IMG/VR virus record: IMGVR_UViG_3300010373_000009
Location: 1 to 63,032 of that record
Reading direction: 5' to 3' (one strand)
DNA length: 63,032 nt
Source of the DNA: a virus
Taxonomy: Duplodnaviria; Caudoviricetes
Positions 9,388-19,426 of this stretch are shown piece after piece. The position numbers and the translations under genes are program-made. Below the pieces are notes generated by a model, which did not search any database, was not told the origin of the DNA, and saw only the letters and a program-made list of their open reading frames with translations. Within the stretch, counting starts at the first letter, position 1; every line of letters starts with the position of its first letter.

Positions 9388-11631
9388 TTAATTCCCCACC
9401 GCAATCCACTGCCAGGTAACGGTTGGATCGAAATTCGAATCCGGATCGAGCTTATCACCATTATAGTGAAATCCCGTCTTCGTTACACTAGATACGCGAG
9501 GCACCCAGCTATTATTACCACCCCCGCCGTAAGAAATGGTCACCGCTGTGCAGTTATTCGGAAAGGCGGGAGAGAAGTTAATTGACCCCGAAGCCGAAGC
9601 CGCCGCCGAGAACGTGCCTCCCATCACGATACCGGATGATCCGGAGATCGCCGCGAGCACGTAGGCTGTCGTAGCAATCTGGGTAGTATCCGTGCCCGGG
9701 GCGGCGGTCGGCGCGGTCGGAGTGCCCGTTAGTGCAGCGTCGGTAAGGATGGCCCCCGCATACTGCGTGACCGCCCCCGCAGGCACCTGCGCGGCAGTGA
9801 CCGACCCTGCGAGAGCCGATAGAGTAAGCTGTGCTTCGAAGTTGGCCAGGGATATTTTCTGGAGTTTACCATCGAGAGCGTTATCTTCAACGAACACGGA
9901 CCCGATTGTCGGATTCGTCTGCCCACCCGTCTGCAAGAACGCGCCATTTATTAGTCCATTTAAGTCGATCGAGAGGCGCGTAGCGTTAGCCGTCTCATCG
10001 AAGATGTCGAAGACGCCAGCACCGGCCGCGCCCGATCCGATGCGCCAGACTCGATTACCCGCCTCCGCTCCTTGCAATGCAAGCTCACCAGCCCCCGCAA
10101 GAGCTTGGATTGAGAGACCTACCTGGCTCGTCGGCGAGAGGTCGAGTAGCGAAGCACCGCCGAGCACCATCGTCAGATTGCCATTCGTCCCGAACTTTAG
10201 CGCGGCATTCGCCCTATTTAGGACGTTACCCGTGTTATCCGCGCCATTCTGGAAAATCGAAAGGTCATTCGTACCGGCCGTTCCGTTATTGCCGGTCAAG
10301 GAAAGGAGCGCTACTCCACTCGCTGCGGTCGAAAGGATCTGCAAACCGGGTGATGTCCCTGTCATACTGCTAGCAGAGACGATGCGCTCACCGATGCCGT
10401 TTAGTAACTGGTTGATCGTAACTCCTGGGTTCGTATCCCCCGGAGCATTGATCACCACGTGTCCACCGCCGTCTACGGTTAGGCGCTGCACACCGTCCGT
10501 CGAGAGTCCCATTTGATCTTCTGCGACCTTATAGAAGCCCGTATCGGGGTCGGATGAGAAGGCGATCGACGGAGCCGCCGCGGTTCCATCGGAGAAACCA
10601 GTTGCGCCGAATGTAACCGCCGTATAGACCTCTACCCCATCACAGAAGAGGATGTTCCGCGCTGATTGGTTAATAAGCGGTCCTGTATTGCCTGCGGTCG
10701 CGACCGAGAGGGAGAAGATTCCGGTAGTTTCGTTATCTACCCAATACTGCTGGATGGTGTTCGGGACGATTACGGTCACGTTACCGGCGAGCGCACCGGT
10801 AAACCGATAGGCAATGCGATTTAGCTCTACACCGGAGAGGACATAGTTTCCCGTCTTTCCTCCGAGGTTAATCTGAATGAAGTCGAAGATCGAATTTAGC
10901 TGTTGTCCGAAACCGACCGTAACCCAGTTCTGTCCATCGGTCATGACGATCGCCGAATCATCCGGCGCAAACGTCTTCGAGGTGTTATTATCAATCGTAC
11001 TCGGTGCGGTCGGATCGAGCGTCAGTAACCCCGTACCTCCGTTCTTAATCAGCACGTAGAAGCCGGCACCGACTGCGGACGCGGACGGCAGCGTAAACGT
11101 ACCGACACCCGAGGTCCAAACGACGACGGAGGCCCGATCGGATGCCTGAATATCGTAGTCCGCATTCTGGTCGTTTATTAGGTACTGACCATTTAAGGTC
11201 GTCGTGATTGCCTTTAACCCGTAGCCTGCGAGAGAGGCCGCGTTCGCCGAGGAAACCCCGACTCCGTACTGGAAGGTTCTCCACGTACCTGCGAGCGTCG
11301 AGTTATCCGCTAGGTAAATCTGCCAGACCTGCCCCGGAGCGAGAGTAACGATCAGATTACCAACAGCATCGAGAATCGAGAACGAGAAGGCACCGATGTT
11401 ATTAAATAGTGCCGTATATCCGGTCGAGGTCGATCGGGCATCGGAGAGCTGTACCGTTAGACTCCCCTGAGAGGGCAGAACTTCAACGATATCAGCGACA
11501 ATGTTATTGCCTCCCGGGCTCTGCTCCGTAGGCCAGCTAAGGGTGACATTCTCGTTCAGTGCGAGTGAAACGAACGTCGCATTGGACGGATAGATTAGTG
11601 TCCCGCCAAAGGTCTCGTTAAATTGCGTCAC
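9388..11631 (-). CDS. Tail fibre / tail-associated protein
   Basis: 747 aa with fibre motifs GTAAAPSIAFSSDPDTGFY and ALTGTPTAPTAAPGTDTTQIATTAYV, and a gp53-like C-terminus (FSPAFPNNC...WQWIAVGN). Confidence 0.8.
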   Translation of the reverse strand: MTQFNETFGGTLIYPSNATFVSLALNENVTLSWPTEQSPGGNNIVADIVEVLPSQGSLTVQLSDARSTSTGYTALFNNIGAFSFSILDAVGNLIVTLAPGQVWQIYLADNSTLAGTWRTFQYGVGVSSANAASLAGYGLKAITTTLNGQYLINDQNADYDIQASDRASVVVWTSGVGTFTLPSASAVGAGFYVLIKNGGTGLLTLDPTAPSTIDNNTSKTFAPDDSAIVMTDGQNWVTVGFGQQLNSIFDFIQINLGGKTGNYVLSGVELNRIAYRFTGALAGNVTVIVPNTIQQYWVDNETTGIFSLSVATAGNTGPLINQSARNILFCDGVEVYTAVTFGATGFSDGTAAAPSIAFSSDPDTGFYKVAEDQMGLSTDGVQRLTVDGGGHVVINAPGDTNPGVTINQLLNGIGERIVSASSMTGTSPGLQILSTAASGVALLSLTGNNGTAGTNDLSIFQNGADNTGNVLNRANAALKFGTNGNLTMVLGGASLLDLSPTSQVGLSIQALAGAGELALQGAEAGNRVWRIGSGAAGAGVFDIFDETANATRLSIDLNGLINGAFLQTGGQTNPTIGSVFVEDNALDGKLQKISLANFEAQLTLSALAGSVTAAQVPAGAVTQYAGAILTDAALTGTPTAPTAAPGTDTTQIATTAYVLAAISGSSGIVMGGTFSAAASASGSINFSPAFPNNCTAVTISYGGGGNNSWVPRVSSVTKTGFHYNGDKLDPDSNFDPTVTWQWIAVGN

Positions 11632-12347
11632 GGTTCGTTCCTTACGGCGGCGCGATCGGCCGCACGCTGCAAGTCCTCGGTATTAGTCGCACTAAGCTCA
11701 TCCTGATAATATTGCTGCCAGGTCTGGATGCGTTCATCGTTTTTTAGGAATGGTGTTGCTTCGAGCAGCGCTCTGTAGAGAAGAAGGTTCGGCGCGAACT
11801 GGGTTAGCCAATTCGTCTGGTTAGTGTTATCGAGGAGCGCCGGTAGCTGATAGTAGTTAATCTGCCACGGGTACGGGAGGTCCGGAGTCGGTACGATCAA
11901 CCAATGCAGATAGTCATAGTCCGCGTAGAACTTCGGTGCCCCGGTCAAAGTCAGATCGGGCCAGTAGATCTGGCAGTATTCGAGAGAGCGCGGGAGCATA
12001 GTTGTCCGGAACTCGCCACCGGTCGGCGCAATAACGAGCAACGTGCCGTCCTCGGTTGTTAGATTATTGCGTCGCTCCGTCGCCAGATTGGTAGCGTCAG
12101 AAGCATAACTCATCGACGTTGTCTGACGCCACCGATCTGGTTTCGGGTAGACGGCGAGACTTCCCTGCATCTGCGAGATCACTGATACCAGAAAGCCCTG
12201 GATTTTTAGGCGACGCGCGATAGCACGCTCCGCCAGATTAATCAGAGTCGGCAGGTTCTGGTTTACGATCACATCGGACTTCGTACCCCGTTCCAAGTAC
12301 GATTGAAGCAGAGTTTGCAGGGAGGTAAATGTCATCGCCGCCGGCAT
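11628..12347 (-). CDS. Putative head-tail adaptor protein
   Basis: 239 aa with PTLINLAERAIARRLK...PTPD..Y...YY and TNWLTQFAPNLLLYRALLEA..FLKNDERI, the pattern of podovirus adaptor-like proteins. Confidence 0.7.
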   Translation of the reverse strand: MPAAMTFTSLQTLLQSYLERGTKSDVIVNQNLPTLINLAERAIARRLKIQGFLVSVISQMQGSLAVYPKPDRWRQTTSMSYASDATNLATERRNNLTTEDGTLLVIAPTGGEFRTTMLPRSLEYCQIYWPDLTLTGAPKFYADYDYLHWLIVPTPDLPYPWQINYYQLPALLDNTNQTNWLTQFAPNLLLYRALLEATPFLKNDERIQTWQQYYQDELSATNTEDLQRAADRAAVRNEP

Positions 12348-12351
12348 AGCC

Positions 12352-12579
12352 TTACTCCTCCGTTGCCTCTGCCGTTCCCCCGGGCGGATCGGCGGAAGGG
12401 GTACCTACTTCCTCCAGACTCGACTTCGGAGGCCGCGTCGGCTGAATGCGTGCCGCGTTCTCCTCTCTCTGGAGCGCTGCGAGTAACTGAGATAACTGAG
12501 CTATCTCGTTCCCCTTGTAAGTGATTCGATCGCTAAGGAGCAACGCTCGAATCCCAGCGATCTCGACCTGACTAAGCAT
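12352..12579 (-). CDS. Hypothetical protein
   Basis: 75-aa ORF coupled to flanking genes. Confidence 0.55.
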   Translation of the reverse strand: MLSQVEIAGIRALLLSDRITYKGNEIAQLSQLLAALQREENAARIQPTRPPKSSLEEVGTPSADPPGGTAEATEE

Positions 12580-13078
12580 TTCGGATGGTCACCTTTGCGC
12601 CGAGGGCCGAAAGCACGACTAAGAGAGTATTCGGCGTAACCTGTTGGGGGGGCACGATCAACTTCGGGATGCGCTTGACTTCTTCGAGCGCCCCAGTTTG
12701 GAGTGCCGAGCAAATCCAGTAGCCATCTGTATGATCGGCCTTCCCCGTTAGGAAACCAAGAATCGCCGCCTTATCGTACTTCTGCCCGATTTGAGAGATA
12801 AGCCAGCCCTGCCAGAGACTAAACTCTATCGACGTACAGGCTAGCTCAACGATCGCCCGCCGCTTCCAGCGTTCGTACTCCGGAGGCCGGATCTGGACTC
12901 CGGCGGGCTTACCCCCTACGACGTCATTGCGGGCGCCGAGGAGGGAGCCATTAGGCAGCAGTGCATCAACATGCGAGTAGCCGCCATAGCCTTCCCCGTA
13001 CCAGGCAATCGCCTCGGAGAAGAGGTCATCTCCCAGGACGAATTGCCACCGCATGCGGGCCAACAAAGGCGCGTTCAT
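12572..13078 (-). CDS. Permuted papain-like (NlpC/P60, YiiX/YaeF-type) cysteine amidase/peptidase
   Basis: His before Cys: YSHV near the N-terminus, IGQKYD, then WICSAL and VTP. This is the circularly permuted NlpC/P60 signature. Confidence 0.75.
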   Translation of the reverse strand: MNAPLLARMRWQFVLGDDLFSEAIAWYGEGYGGYSHVDALLPNGSLLGARNDVVGGKPAGVQIRPPEYERWKRRAIVELACTSIEFSLWQGWLISQIGQKYDKAAILGFLTGKADHTDGYWICSALQTGALEEVKRIPKLIVPPQQVTPNTLLVVLSALGAKVTIRNA

Positions 13079-13434
13079 TTCGCCGCCCGTCCTGCGAGGA
13101 AGCTACCTACACTCGGCTTCGCCGCTGTGGCAGGAGCAGGCGCCGGGGCGGGAGCCGCCTGATTTACAGCCTGCTGCTGGTTCTGCTGATTGGCGACTTC
13201 CTGGGCAGCAACCGCGAGATCCGCCGCGATGCTCTTTAGCACATCCTGACCGATCTTCGCCTGGGCCGCAATCGCTTCGCTAAGGAAGAGATTACCCTGT
13301 GCAACGAAATTCGCGGTCGTAGGGTTCAGTGCGACGTTATTGAACATGGCCGCGAGTGGAGGTAACAGTGCCTGCTCCTCCTCGGACTTGACCGCCGCGA
13401 GAAGGCCGGAGAAAACGGAAGAAAGAATACTCAT
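13075..13434 (-). CDS. Hypothetical protein in lysis region
   Basis: 119 aa, Ala/Gln-rich, with 4-bp overlaps. Confidence 0.6.
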   Translation of the reverse strand: MSILSSVFSGLLAAVKSEEEQALLPPLAAMFNNVALNPTTANFVAQGNLFLSEAIAAQAKIGQDVLKSIAADLAVAAQEVANQQNQQQAVNQAAPAPAPAPATAAKPSVGSFLAGRAAK

Positions 13435-13625
13435 TGCTTGACTCCTGGGTTGACGTTTGGGAAAAAACTCTGGTGCGCCGCAGTCGCGATAATGCTCGCG
13501 ATGGTAACGGCGGTAGTCGTGTGCGGAGAGAGCCCATCCACCCCGTTTAGCATCTGGGCAGCGACGGTCACGAAGGTAAAGAAACGGTCACCGTTCTGCG
13601 CAAACCATTTAAGGAACGTACTCAT
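13431..13625 (-). CDS. Putative holin
   Basis: 64 aa with two moderately hydrophobic segments, immediately after the endolysin. Confidence 0.45.
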   Translation of the reverse strand: MSTFLKWFAQNGDRFFTFVTVAAQMLNGVDGLSPHTTTAVTIASIIATAAHQSFFPNVNPGVKQ

Positions 13626-13975
13626 TTGTGGACTCCATCCGGAGTAATCGAGTAGTGATCGAGATCGACGAGGCCGTGGAAGTCGCCCCCCCAGCAGTAG
13701 TTCGGACCGAGACCCTTCCAGAACTCGCCGAGGACGCGGTACGGTTCCGTATCGGTCTGGTAAACCTCCTCCTTAAACAGGTTCAGGTCGATGGCCAGGC
13801 GCTCCTCGTGCAGCGAGTGAACGACTCCCGAGCCGTGGGCGGCATTCCACTTTGCCTGCTCCTCGGTCCTCCATGCCTCGCCGAGCGTTACACCGAAGCC
13901 CTGAGACTTGGCGAACTGGAGTAGCTTCGCGACACTCTGCGCAAACTCTTGCTGAAGGTCGAGTAGATGGCTCAT
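13622..13975 (-). CDS. Endolysin, M15-family (L-Ala-D-Glu-type) zinc peptidase
   Basis: GEAWRT..Q, SLH...LAIDL, WGGDF and DLDHYS motifs. Confidence 0.88.
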   Translation of the reverse strand: MSHLLDLQQEFAQSVAKLLQFAKSQGFGVTLGEAWRTEEQAKWNAAHGSGVVHSLHEERLAIDLNLFKEEVYQTDTEPYRVLGEFWKGLGPNYCWGGDFHGLVDLDHYSITPDGVHK

Positions 13976-14169
13976 GGTCTTGCTCGTGCTCTCCGAAGGT
14001 CACGGATATCTGATTTGATCTCGGCAAATTCTCTTTCGTCGTCCTCTTTATGCTCGCGGCACCACTGCTTTACCCACTTCATATCGACTTTGACGGTAAC
14101 GATAGTAACGACGAAGCCGAGCAGTGTAACCGCAAGCTCTATCCAGTCATGAAGATCCAATGTGTCCAC
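13972..14169 (-). CDS. Small single-TM membrane protein (holin/antiholin-like)
   Basis: N-terminal hydrophobic helix plus charged coiled C-terminus, directly upstream of the endolysin. Confidence 0.5.
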   Translation of the reverse strand: MDTLDLHDWIELAVTLLGFVVTIVTVKVDMKWVKQWCREHKEDDEREFAEIKSDIRDLRRARARP

Positions 14170-14181
14170 GTGTCCCTCTCG

Positions 14182-14823
14182 TCATTCTAGGATGGCTATG
14201 ACACTAAAGTCACCATTGTCCGAGTGCGCCCACGAGGCACCACTCCACTGGTTGTTGGTAAACTCAATTACTCCCGACCCGAGCATAATGGCCCCCGTTG
14301 CGTAGGGGAGTCCCGCCCCGTTATCGGTGGTAGTGATAGAGGCACCGTAACCGCCCTTCGTAACTAAGGACGAAAGATCCCATAACCACTCCCCGGGACT
14401 AAGGTACGTGAATTGTCCCGCGACGATAGCGGGATCAGAAGCCGCTGAGATAAGGGCCCCTCCACCCGAGACAGTAAACGTCCATGAGTACACTTTCGGG
14501 ACGCTTCCACCTCCGGCTACTCCCCAAGTCCCGTCATCTTTAAGGAACTTACCGGATGGAGCCCCTGGAGCCGGGACCGCCCCGGAGGCGTTCGCCGTAA
14601 AGGTAGAGATCAACGCCGTTAGCTCTGCATCCGTTATGGCTCCGAGTAGGCCGTTGGAATTAACCTGAACTTGACCATTAGCCCCTGCGGCCTTTACGGC
14701 TGCGAGGAGAGCGGAGACAGATACGCGAACCGTAGCATTTCCCTGATCGAGAGGAACCTGTTCGATACCTACGAGAGGCACCGCCGCCGCTGGAAGCTGG
14801 GAAATTTTGGATTGCGTAGTCAT
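14182..14823 (-). CDS. Fibre-like structural protein
   Basis: Starts MTTQSKISQLPAA (shared with the upstream gene's TIKQLPQA). Contains the GAVPAP...KFLKDDGTW fibre motif. Confidence 0.65.
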   Translation of the reverse strand: MTTQSKISQLPAAAVPLVGIEQVPLDQGNATVRVSVSALLAAVKAAGANGQVQVNSNGLLGAITDAELTALISTFTANASGAVPAPGAPSGKFLKDDGTWGVAGGGSVPKVYSWTFTVSGGGALISAASDPAIVAGQFTYLSPGEWLWDLSSLVTKGGYGASITTTDNGAGLPYATGAIMLGSGVIEFTNNQWSGASWAHSDNGDFSVIAILE

Positions 14824-15302
14824 GCGAGCACTATCCACTTAGTTGCAACCGTATCGTAGTAGAGCCAAACTCCCCCTTGGTATCCAATCGCGAGGCCGGC
14901 GGGAGGAGAATGCTGGATAAGAAGCTGATTTGCAGCGGCCGATACAGAATGAGCCGCGCTAATTAATGTCATATCGGCTTCTGCCGTATTTGCATTAATC
15001 AGCAATAGGAATTTCGCTCCCGTAGCAGGGGCCTGGATTCCGTCTAAAGAGAATGCGGTATTAGCCGAATTAACACGCAAGATCGACGCAGCGGCGAGAC
15101 CGGGGGGATTCCAATCACTGGTAAGACCTCCGGGCAACGGAGCTGGCGTAATAAATGCTTGTGGATTAATACCCCCCGTTATGCCTGCAATCGCTGAAAG
15201 CTTTGCCTGAACGGTCTGTCCGTTCTGATCGAGTGGAACTAGCTCGTTTCCGGTCAATACCCCGGCTTGCGGTAACTGTTTGATTGTCGACTGTGACGGC
15301 AT
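14820..15302 (-). CDS. Fibre-associated structural protein
   Basis: N-terminal IKQLPQAGVLTGNELVPLDQNGQT is paralogous to the downstream gene. Beta-rich C-terminus. Confidence 0.6.
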   Translation of the reverse strand: MPSQSTIKQLPQAGVLTGNELVPLDQNGQTVQAKLSAIAGITGGINPQAFITPAPLPGGLTSDWNPPGLAAASILRVNSANTAFSLDGIQAPATGAKFLLLINANTAEADMTLISAAHSVSAAANQLLIQHSPPAGLAIGYQGGVWLYYDTVATKWIVLA

Positions 15303-15586
15303 TACGGGTCCTCCGGCCAGACCGGAACGAGATTCGGATTCGGGACGGCCGGCACGTCGATGTTGCGGTCCGGGCGGTTAAAGGGGAGCGCGATCTGCTC
15401 TGTCTCGCGAGCGGGCAGACGGTAGGGGTCGAGTACGTCAATATCGTCCTTGCAGACCATCAGGCCGGGGAAGTTCGGGTCCGGGAACAACTCTTCGAGG
15501 AAGAGCTTATTTCCACATCGACCGCAGACCCCGAGACCATAGGTCGATTTTCCACGAGGATCGAGAAAGACTTTGTTGTGGTGCAT
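15302..15586 (-). CDS. Small Cys-motif protein (CxxC...C)
   Basis: MHHNKVFLDPRG...GVCGRCG...PGLMVC..D.D.LDPY. Start taken at the internal ATG (15586) just after the upstream stop. Confidence 0.7.
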   Translation of the reverse strand: MHHNKVFLDPRGKSTYGLGVCGRCGNKLFLEELFPDPNFPGLMVCKDDIDVLDPYRLPARETEQIALPFNRPDRNIDVPAVPNPNLVPVWPEDP

Positions 15587-15588
15587 AG

Positions 15589-16659
15589 CTACCTCGTATA
15601 GCTCCAGAGCCGAGGCCGTATATAGGTCGGCGACGAATCGGTCTCCGATGCCCACGCGGTCTGAAGCTGCCTCTCCGCTTCCATTGCGAGGGTATCCGCG
15701 ATCCCCGGCTGAACCTCAGGGATAACCCGAGCTAGGTGCATTCCGAGCTGATAGATAACCGCGAGCAGCCATCTCTGGGGGACTGCGAGTTGCTGGGTAA
15801 GTAACCCTACGTCCTGGACATACTGCTGCACGTACAGCACGAACTGGTTAAACTGGAACGCTGCGGACGGCGGAGGCCACATCGTCAGTACCGGTTGGTC
15901 TATCTGCTTATCGTACCAGTAGATAACCGGGCGCCCCGGAAGCTGCCACTTATCTGGGAGGTTCGCGTAATCGTCCCGATTGATCTTAGCGAGGGGAATT
16001 TCCTCAGGCAAGTTCTCTTGAACGAACTCGATCACATCGAGGATCGTGTTATCAGCGGCGAGAAGTCGGCAATATTGAGAGCCCGCCTCCGGGATGCCGT
16101 CGATATCGTACCAGAGCCATTGCCCGTCGATCACGTCCTGGTTAGTTATATCGAGGATCGTAGTCCAGGTGTTACCGTCCGCCGAAGTCTGTATTTGGAA
16201 ATCCCACGTTGCGGTGACGTTCGGCAGTATTCCATATATCTGCGCGGCGGTCGGCGATCCGTAATTGATCTCTATGAAACCGCCTGGGTCCGTTTGCGTA
16301 CAGGCGGTTGTTAGATTGCCATCGAACGCGAGGGCGGCATCCCCCTCCGAAGCACTGTAAGTTCCTTGGAGCCGATTCGAGGTCCGCAGGTTCGCGTTTA
16401 GGATATCAACGGTCCCGATCGGCGCCTCGACGTTCTGGACAGCATCGTAGATCGGCAGAATGATCTTCTTTACCGCCCAAAGAGCTATTCCCTTCGAGGC
16501 GAGTGTCGATAACCACAAGTAAAGGAAGTCCTGCGCGATCTCGCTGTATTCGGCAGTGATCTTTTCGGGCGGGAGTCGAGTTAGACCGAAAGCCCGGTCG
16601 ATGACCTTGCGGGTCTCGAAATACGTTTGTCCTACTGTCCCACTAGAGTTGAGTGCCAT
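15589..16659 (-). CDS. Head completion / tail tubular A-like protein with internal beta-sandwich (discoidin-like) insert
   Basis: MALNSSGT start, INRDDYANLPDK...GRP..YWYD, and AFDGNLTT discoidin-like segment. Sits in the neck region. Confidence 0.6.
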   Translation of the reverse strand: MALNSSGTVGQTYFETRKVIDRAFGLTRLPPEKITAEYSEIAQDFLYLWLSTLASKGIALWAVKKIILPIYDAVQNVEAPIGTVDILNANLRTSNRLQGTYSASEGDAALAFDGNLTTACTQTDPGGFIEINYGSPTAAQIYGILPNVTATWDFQIQTSADGNTWTTILDITNQDVIDGQWLWYDIDGIPEAGSQYCRLLAADNTILDVIEFVQENLPEEIPLAKINRDDYANLPDKWQLPGRPVIYWYDKQIDQPVLTMWPPPSAAFQFNQFVLYVQQYVQDVGLLTQQLAVPQRWLLAVIYQLGMHLARVIPEVQPGIADTLAMEAERQLQTAWASETDSSPTYIRPRLWSYTR

Positions 16660-16749
16660 CGCGAACTGCTCCAGAGAACAGCTCGCAGTCCGCAAGCTCT
16701 GTGGTCGGGTACGGGCCTTGCCGCGCGGATCGTAGCATGCTCCGACCTC

Positions 16750-17685
16750 CTAGCGGGAGCGCATACGACCGCCCCTGGCGGCTAGACCGGGCGGGGGACC
16801 TACCGGGGCCGCTCCCGGGGGCATCGGACCGCCAGGGGCCGGTCCCCGGGGGCCTGCGGCGGCATTCCCGAGGGCCGCGAGCGCTTGCAGGGCGCCCGGT
16901 GGCGGTCCGGACGGCCGGGGCCTATGCCGGGGGGCGGGGTGGTGCTTCCCGTGCCCGCCACGGGCGTAGAGGGCGCCTCCGGCGTTAAAGCGGTTGATTG
17001 TTCCCCCGGTCGCGTAATCCGGCGAGTTCGCCGGGATCGAGGTGTCATCATGGATATGACCTCCCTCGGCATGGTGGAACTTCGTCTTCGCATTGATAGC
17101 GAATACATCCTTCCGCTCGCCCTTGACGTTATGTGTTGCCTTGTCGTGGGCTAACTTCTTCCGAATCGCGCTGACCGGAATCTTCTTTCCCTTCGAAACT
17201 CCCATATCACGGTGGAGGGAACCCTCGTGACCCTTCTTGATATGGATGCCACTCTTCTTGCTGCGACCTCCACTCCGATAGCTCTGGGTCTCGTCCGGGT
17301 CGGACGCCTCGGCCTGCATTTCCATCTTCTTCAGTCCCTTACCCTTCGGAGCCTTTCCCCCGTGGTAGTGATGGTGAACGTGGAAATGCTTCTCCGCCTT
17401 GCCGCCCTTCGAGAAGCCGGGCTTTAAGGGCGAGTGACCGCCCGCTTCCTTAAGCTCTTCGGTCGAAGGTACCTCGCGGTGCTGAAGTGCATTGCCATCA
17501 TCGGTCCGAGCATCCGCATGTTCATCGACTCCGTTAATCCCACGAGGCACTCCGTCACGCGCCTTGCCGCCCTTCGCGAATCGGTTGACGGTGCCTCCGG
17601 TCGCGAAGCCTTGCGGAAACCACTGACTCGGGTGCTTGAACGAGTGACCCGACTGCATCTTCGTAGAGTTACGAAAACCTTTCAT
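16750..17685 (-). CDS. Basic His/Lys/Gly-rich low-complexity virion-region protein with repeated aromatic-x-x-GG motifs
   Basis: 311 aa with FATGG, FAKGG, FSKGG, YRSGG, HAEGG, YATGG, FNAGG, YARGG. GGAG RBS upstream. Confidence 0.75.
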   Translation of the reverse strand: MKGFRNSTKMQSGHSFKHPSQWFPQGFATGGTVNRFAKGGKARDGVPRGINGVDEHADARTDDGNALQHREVPSTEELKEAGGHSPLKPGFSKGGKAEKHFHVHHHYHGGKAPKGKGLKKMEMQAEASDPDETQSYRSGGRSKKSGIHIKKGHEGSLHRDMGVSKGKKIPVSAIRKKLAHDKATHNVKGERKDVFAINAKTKFHHAEGGHIHDDTSIPANSPDYATGGTINRFNAGGALYARGGHGKHHPAPRHRPRPSGPPPGALQALAALGNAAAGPRGPAPGGPMPPGAAPVGPPPGLAARGGRMRSR

Positions 17686-17698
17686 TGAATTTCTCCAG

Positions 17699-19411
17699 TT
17701 AATTAAGCCGAGTCAATATCAGGCTGCTCGCGGTATCTACTACCGTCGCGCTCGCGCTCGAAGTCGTCTGAGCCCAATAGACGCCTACGGTACCGCTGCT
17801 CGTCTTGATCAGTGGTCCTATCTCTGTCCAGAAACCATTAGTTACGCTAGCATTAAGAGTCACGCACGGGCACGGAGTAGCCGTATCGGTGACCAGAGTA
17901 AGCGCGGAGGTTGATGCGCTTAGGTCCGGACCGATCGCGGCCCCGGCCTGGAATCCGTTATTATCGCCTCCGGCTAGCCCCCATGTGATACCGCCGGTCG
18001 TCGCTCCCGTCGATTGCGAGACCTGAACGCGGAGCTCATAGCTCCCGATTGGGACGTTATTGAACTGCAAGTCCGGATCGATCGTCAGGCTCGTTGTGCT
18101 CGTCCTGCTGGTGTTGCTCCCCTTATGAATAATGGCCATCTGTCCGACGGCGATGCTAGATACGTTGCAGGCCGTTGTGCAGGTAATCGGCGATGACCCC
18201 CCACTTCCGTTGCTCGCAGCGGTTACGCGCCCCTTCGTATCGACCGTGATGTTTGCGTTCGTGTATGATCCGGCCGTTACCCCGGTCGTCGCCAGAGTCG
18301 TCGCGATCGATCCCCCGGCCGCAGCCGCCGTAACATCTCCGGTTAAAGTGATCGTCGGCAGATCACCCGAAGCGAGCGCTCCCCAGACTGGCAGCGCCGA
18401 GCCTGTTCCCGTCCCCGTCTGGGTATAGAACTCCTTGGTAGTCGTCGTATTGCCGGAGACCCGCGCGAGGGAAGTGGTCGTGTCAGCCGAGAGCGTATCG
18501 CCGATCGCATATAGGCTCTGGCCAGTGCCCCCGTTCGGCACCGCGAGAATACCGGTGATTCCACCGTTGCCAGATGTCTGCGAGAGATTAATCTGAGGGA
18601 TATCTCCGGGAACGAGCGCCCGTAGACTGATCGCTCCGCTAGTCCCGTCCGGGGTAAAGAGACCTCTGTTAGCTACCTGGCTTCCGGCAGCCGAAACCGC
18701 AAAGGAGCAATTCCCCGATGTGCATGGCGAACCCGAGACGGTAAGCCAAGACGGCACGGTGATTGTTACCCCCGTAATTGTTCCCGTACCTACCGCGATC
18801 GTTTGGCAACTGAACGTATGAGTTCCGGTAGAGTAATTCAGCGCAGAGGTGGAACTGACGCAATTCGGAATCGCAACCGCGTCTGGAGCTGCCACAGTGC
18901 CTTGAAGTAACGTATCGGCACCGAGCGAGAGCGAACCGAAGGCAGAGGAACCATTCCCCAGTAAAACAGCATTTGCTGTAAAGGACGAAGCCCCGCTTCC
19001 CCCATTCGCGACCGGCAGGATACCGGAAACGTCATTCGTCAGGCTAACGAGACCGCACGTTCCGTCCCCGAAAAGGGCGTGGGTAGCATCGCACGTCCCG
19101 GTAAAGAGCCCGAGGATATCCCCGACGACGGCGGCACTGAATGGGCTAGTTCCATTCCCCTTGACGATCCCGGTCAGCGTAGAGTCGCCGCTACCTCCGT
19201 TACCTACCGGCAGCGTTCCGGTGATGAACGAGCCCGAGTCGAGCGCCACGCTTTGGCTGTTCCAGGTGCCCGAGAGCGCTCCGCCCGGCGAGAAGATCGT
19301 ATAAGCCGGAGTCGAGGCCGGCTGGGTTACTGCGCTAGCTACGGAGGCCGCACCCCCGATCAGGATTGCTCCGATGATAGCGGCAATTACTGAGAGAGTG
19401 CGGCGCTTCAT
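17699..19411 (-). CDS. Fibre-like Gly/Thr/Ser-rich protein with N-terminal signal peptide
   Basis: MKRR plus hydrophobic core plus ASA. LPVxNGGxG-type repeats three times and the fibre motif GVTAGSYTNANITVDTKGRVTAASNG. Paired Cys. Confidence 0.75.
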   Translation of the reverse strand: MKRRTLSVIAAIIGAILIGGAASVASAVTQPASTPAYTIFSPGGALSGTWNSQSVALDSGSFITGTLPVGNGGSGDSTLTGIVKGNGTSPFSAAVVGDILGLFTGTCDATHALFGDGTCGLVSLTNDVSGILPVANGGSGASSFTANAVLLGNGSSAFGSLSLGADTLLQGTVAAPDAVAIPNCVSSTSALNYSTGTHTFSCQTIAVGTGTITGVTITVPSWLTVSGSPCTSGNCSFAVSAAGSQVANRGLFTPDGTSGAISLRALVPGDIPQINLSQTSGNGGITGILAVPNGGTGQSLYAIGDTLSADTTTSLARVSGNTTTTKEFYTQTGTGTGSALPVWGALASGDLPTITLTGDVTAAAAGGSIATTLATTGVTAGSYTNANITVDTKGRVTAASNGSGGSSPITCTTACNVSSIAVGQMAIIHKGSNTSRTSTTSLTIDPDLQFNNVPIGSYELRVQVSQSTGATTGGITWGLAGGDNNGFQAGAAIGPDLSASTSALTLVTDTATPCPCVTLNASVTNGFWTEIGPLIKTSSGTVGVYWAQTTSSASATVVDTASSLILTRLN

Positions 19412-19426
19412 AGTAGCTTAGCTCCG

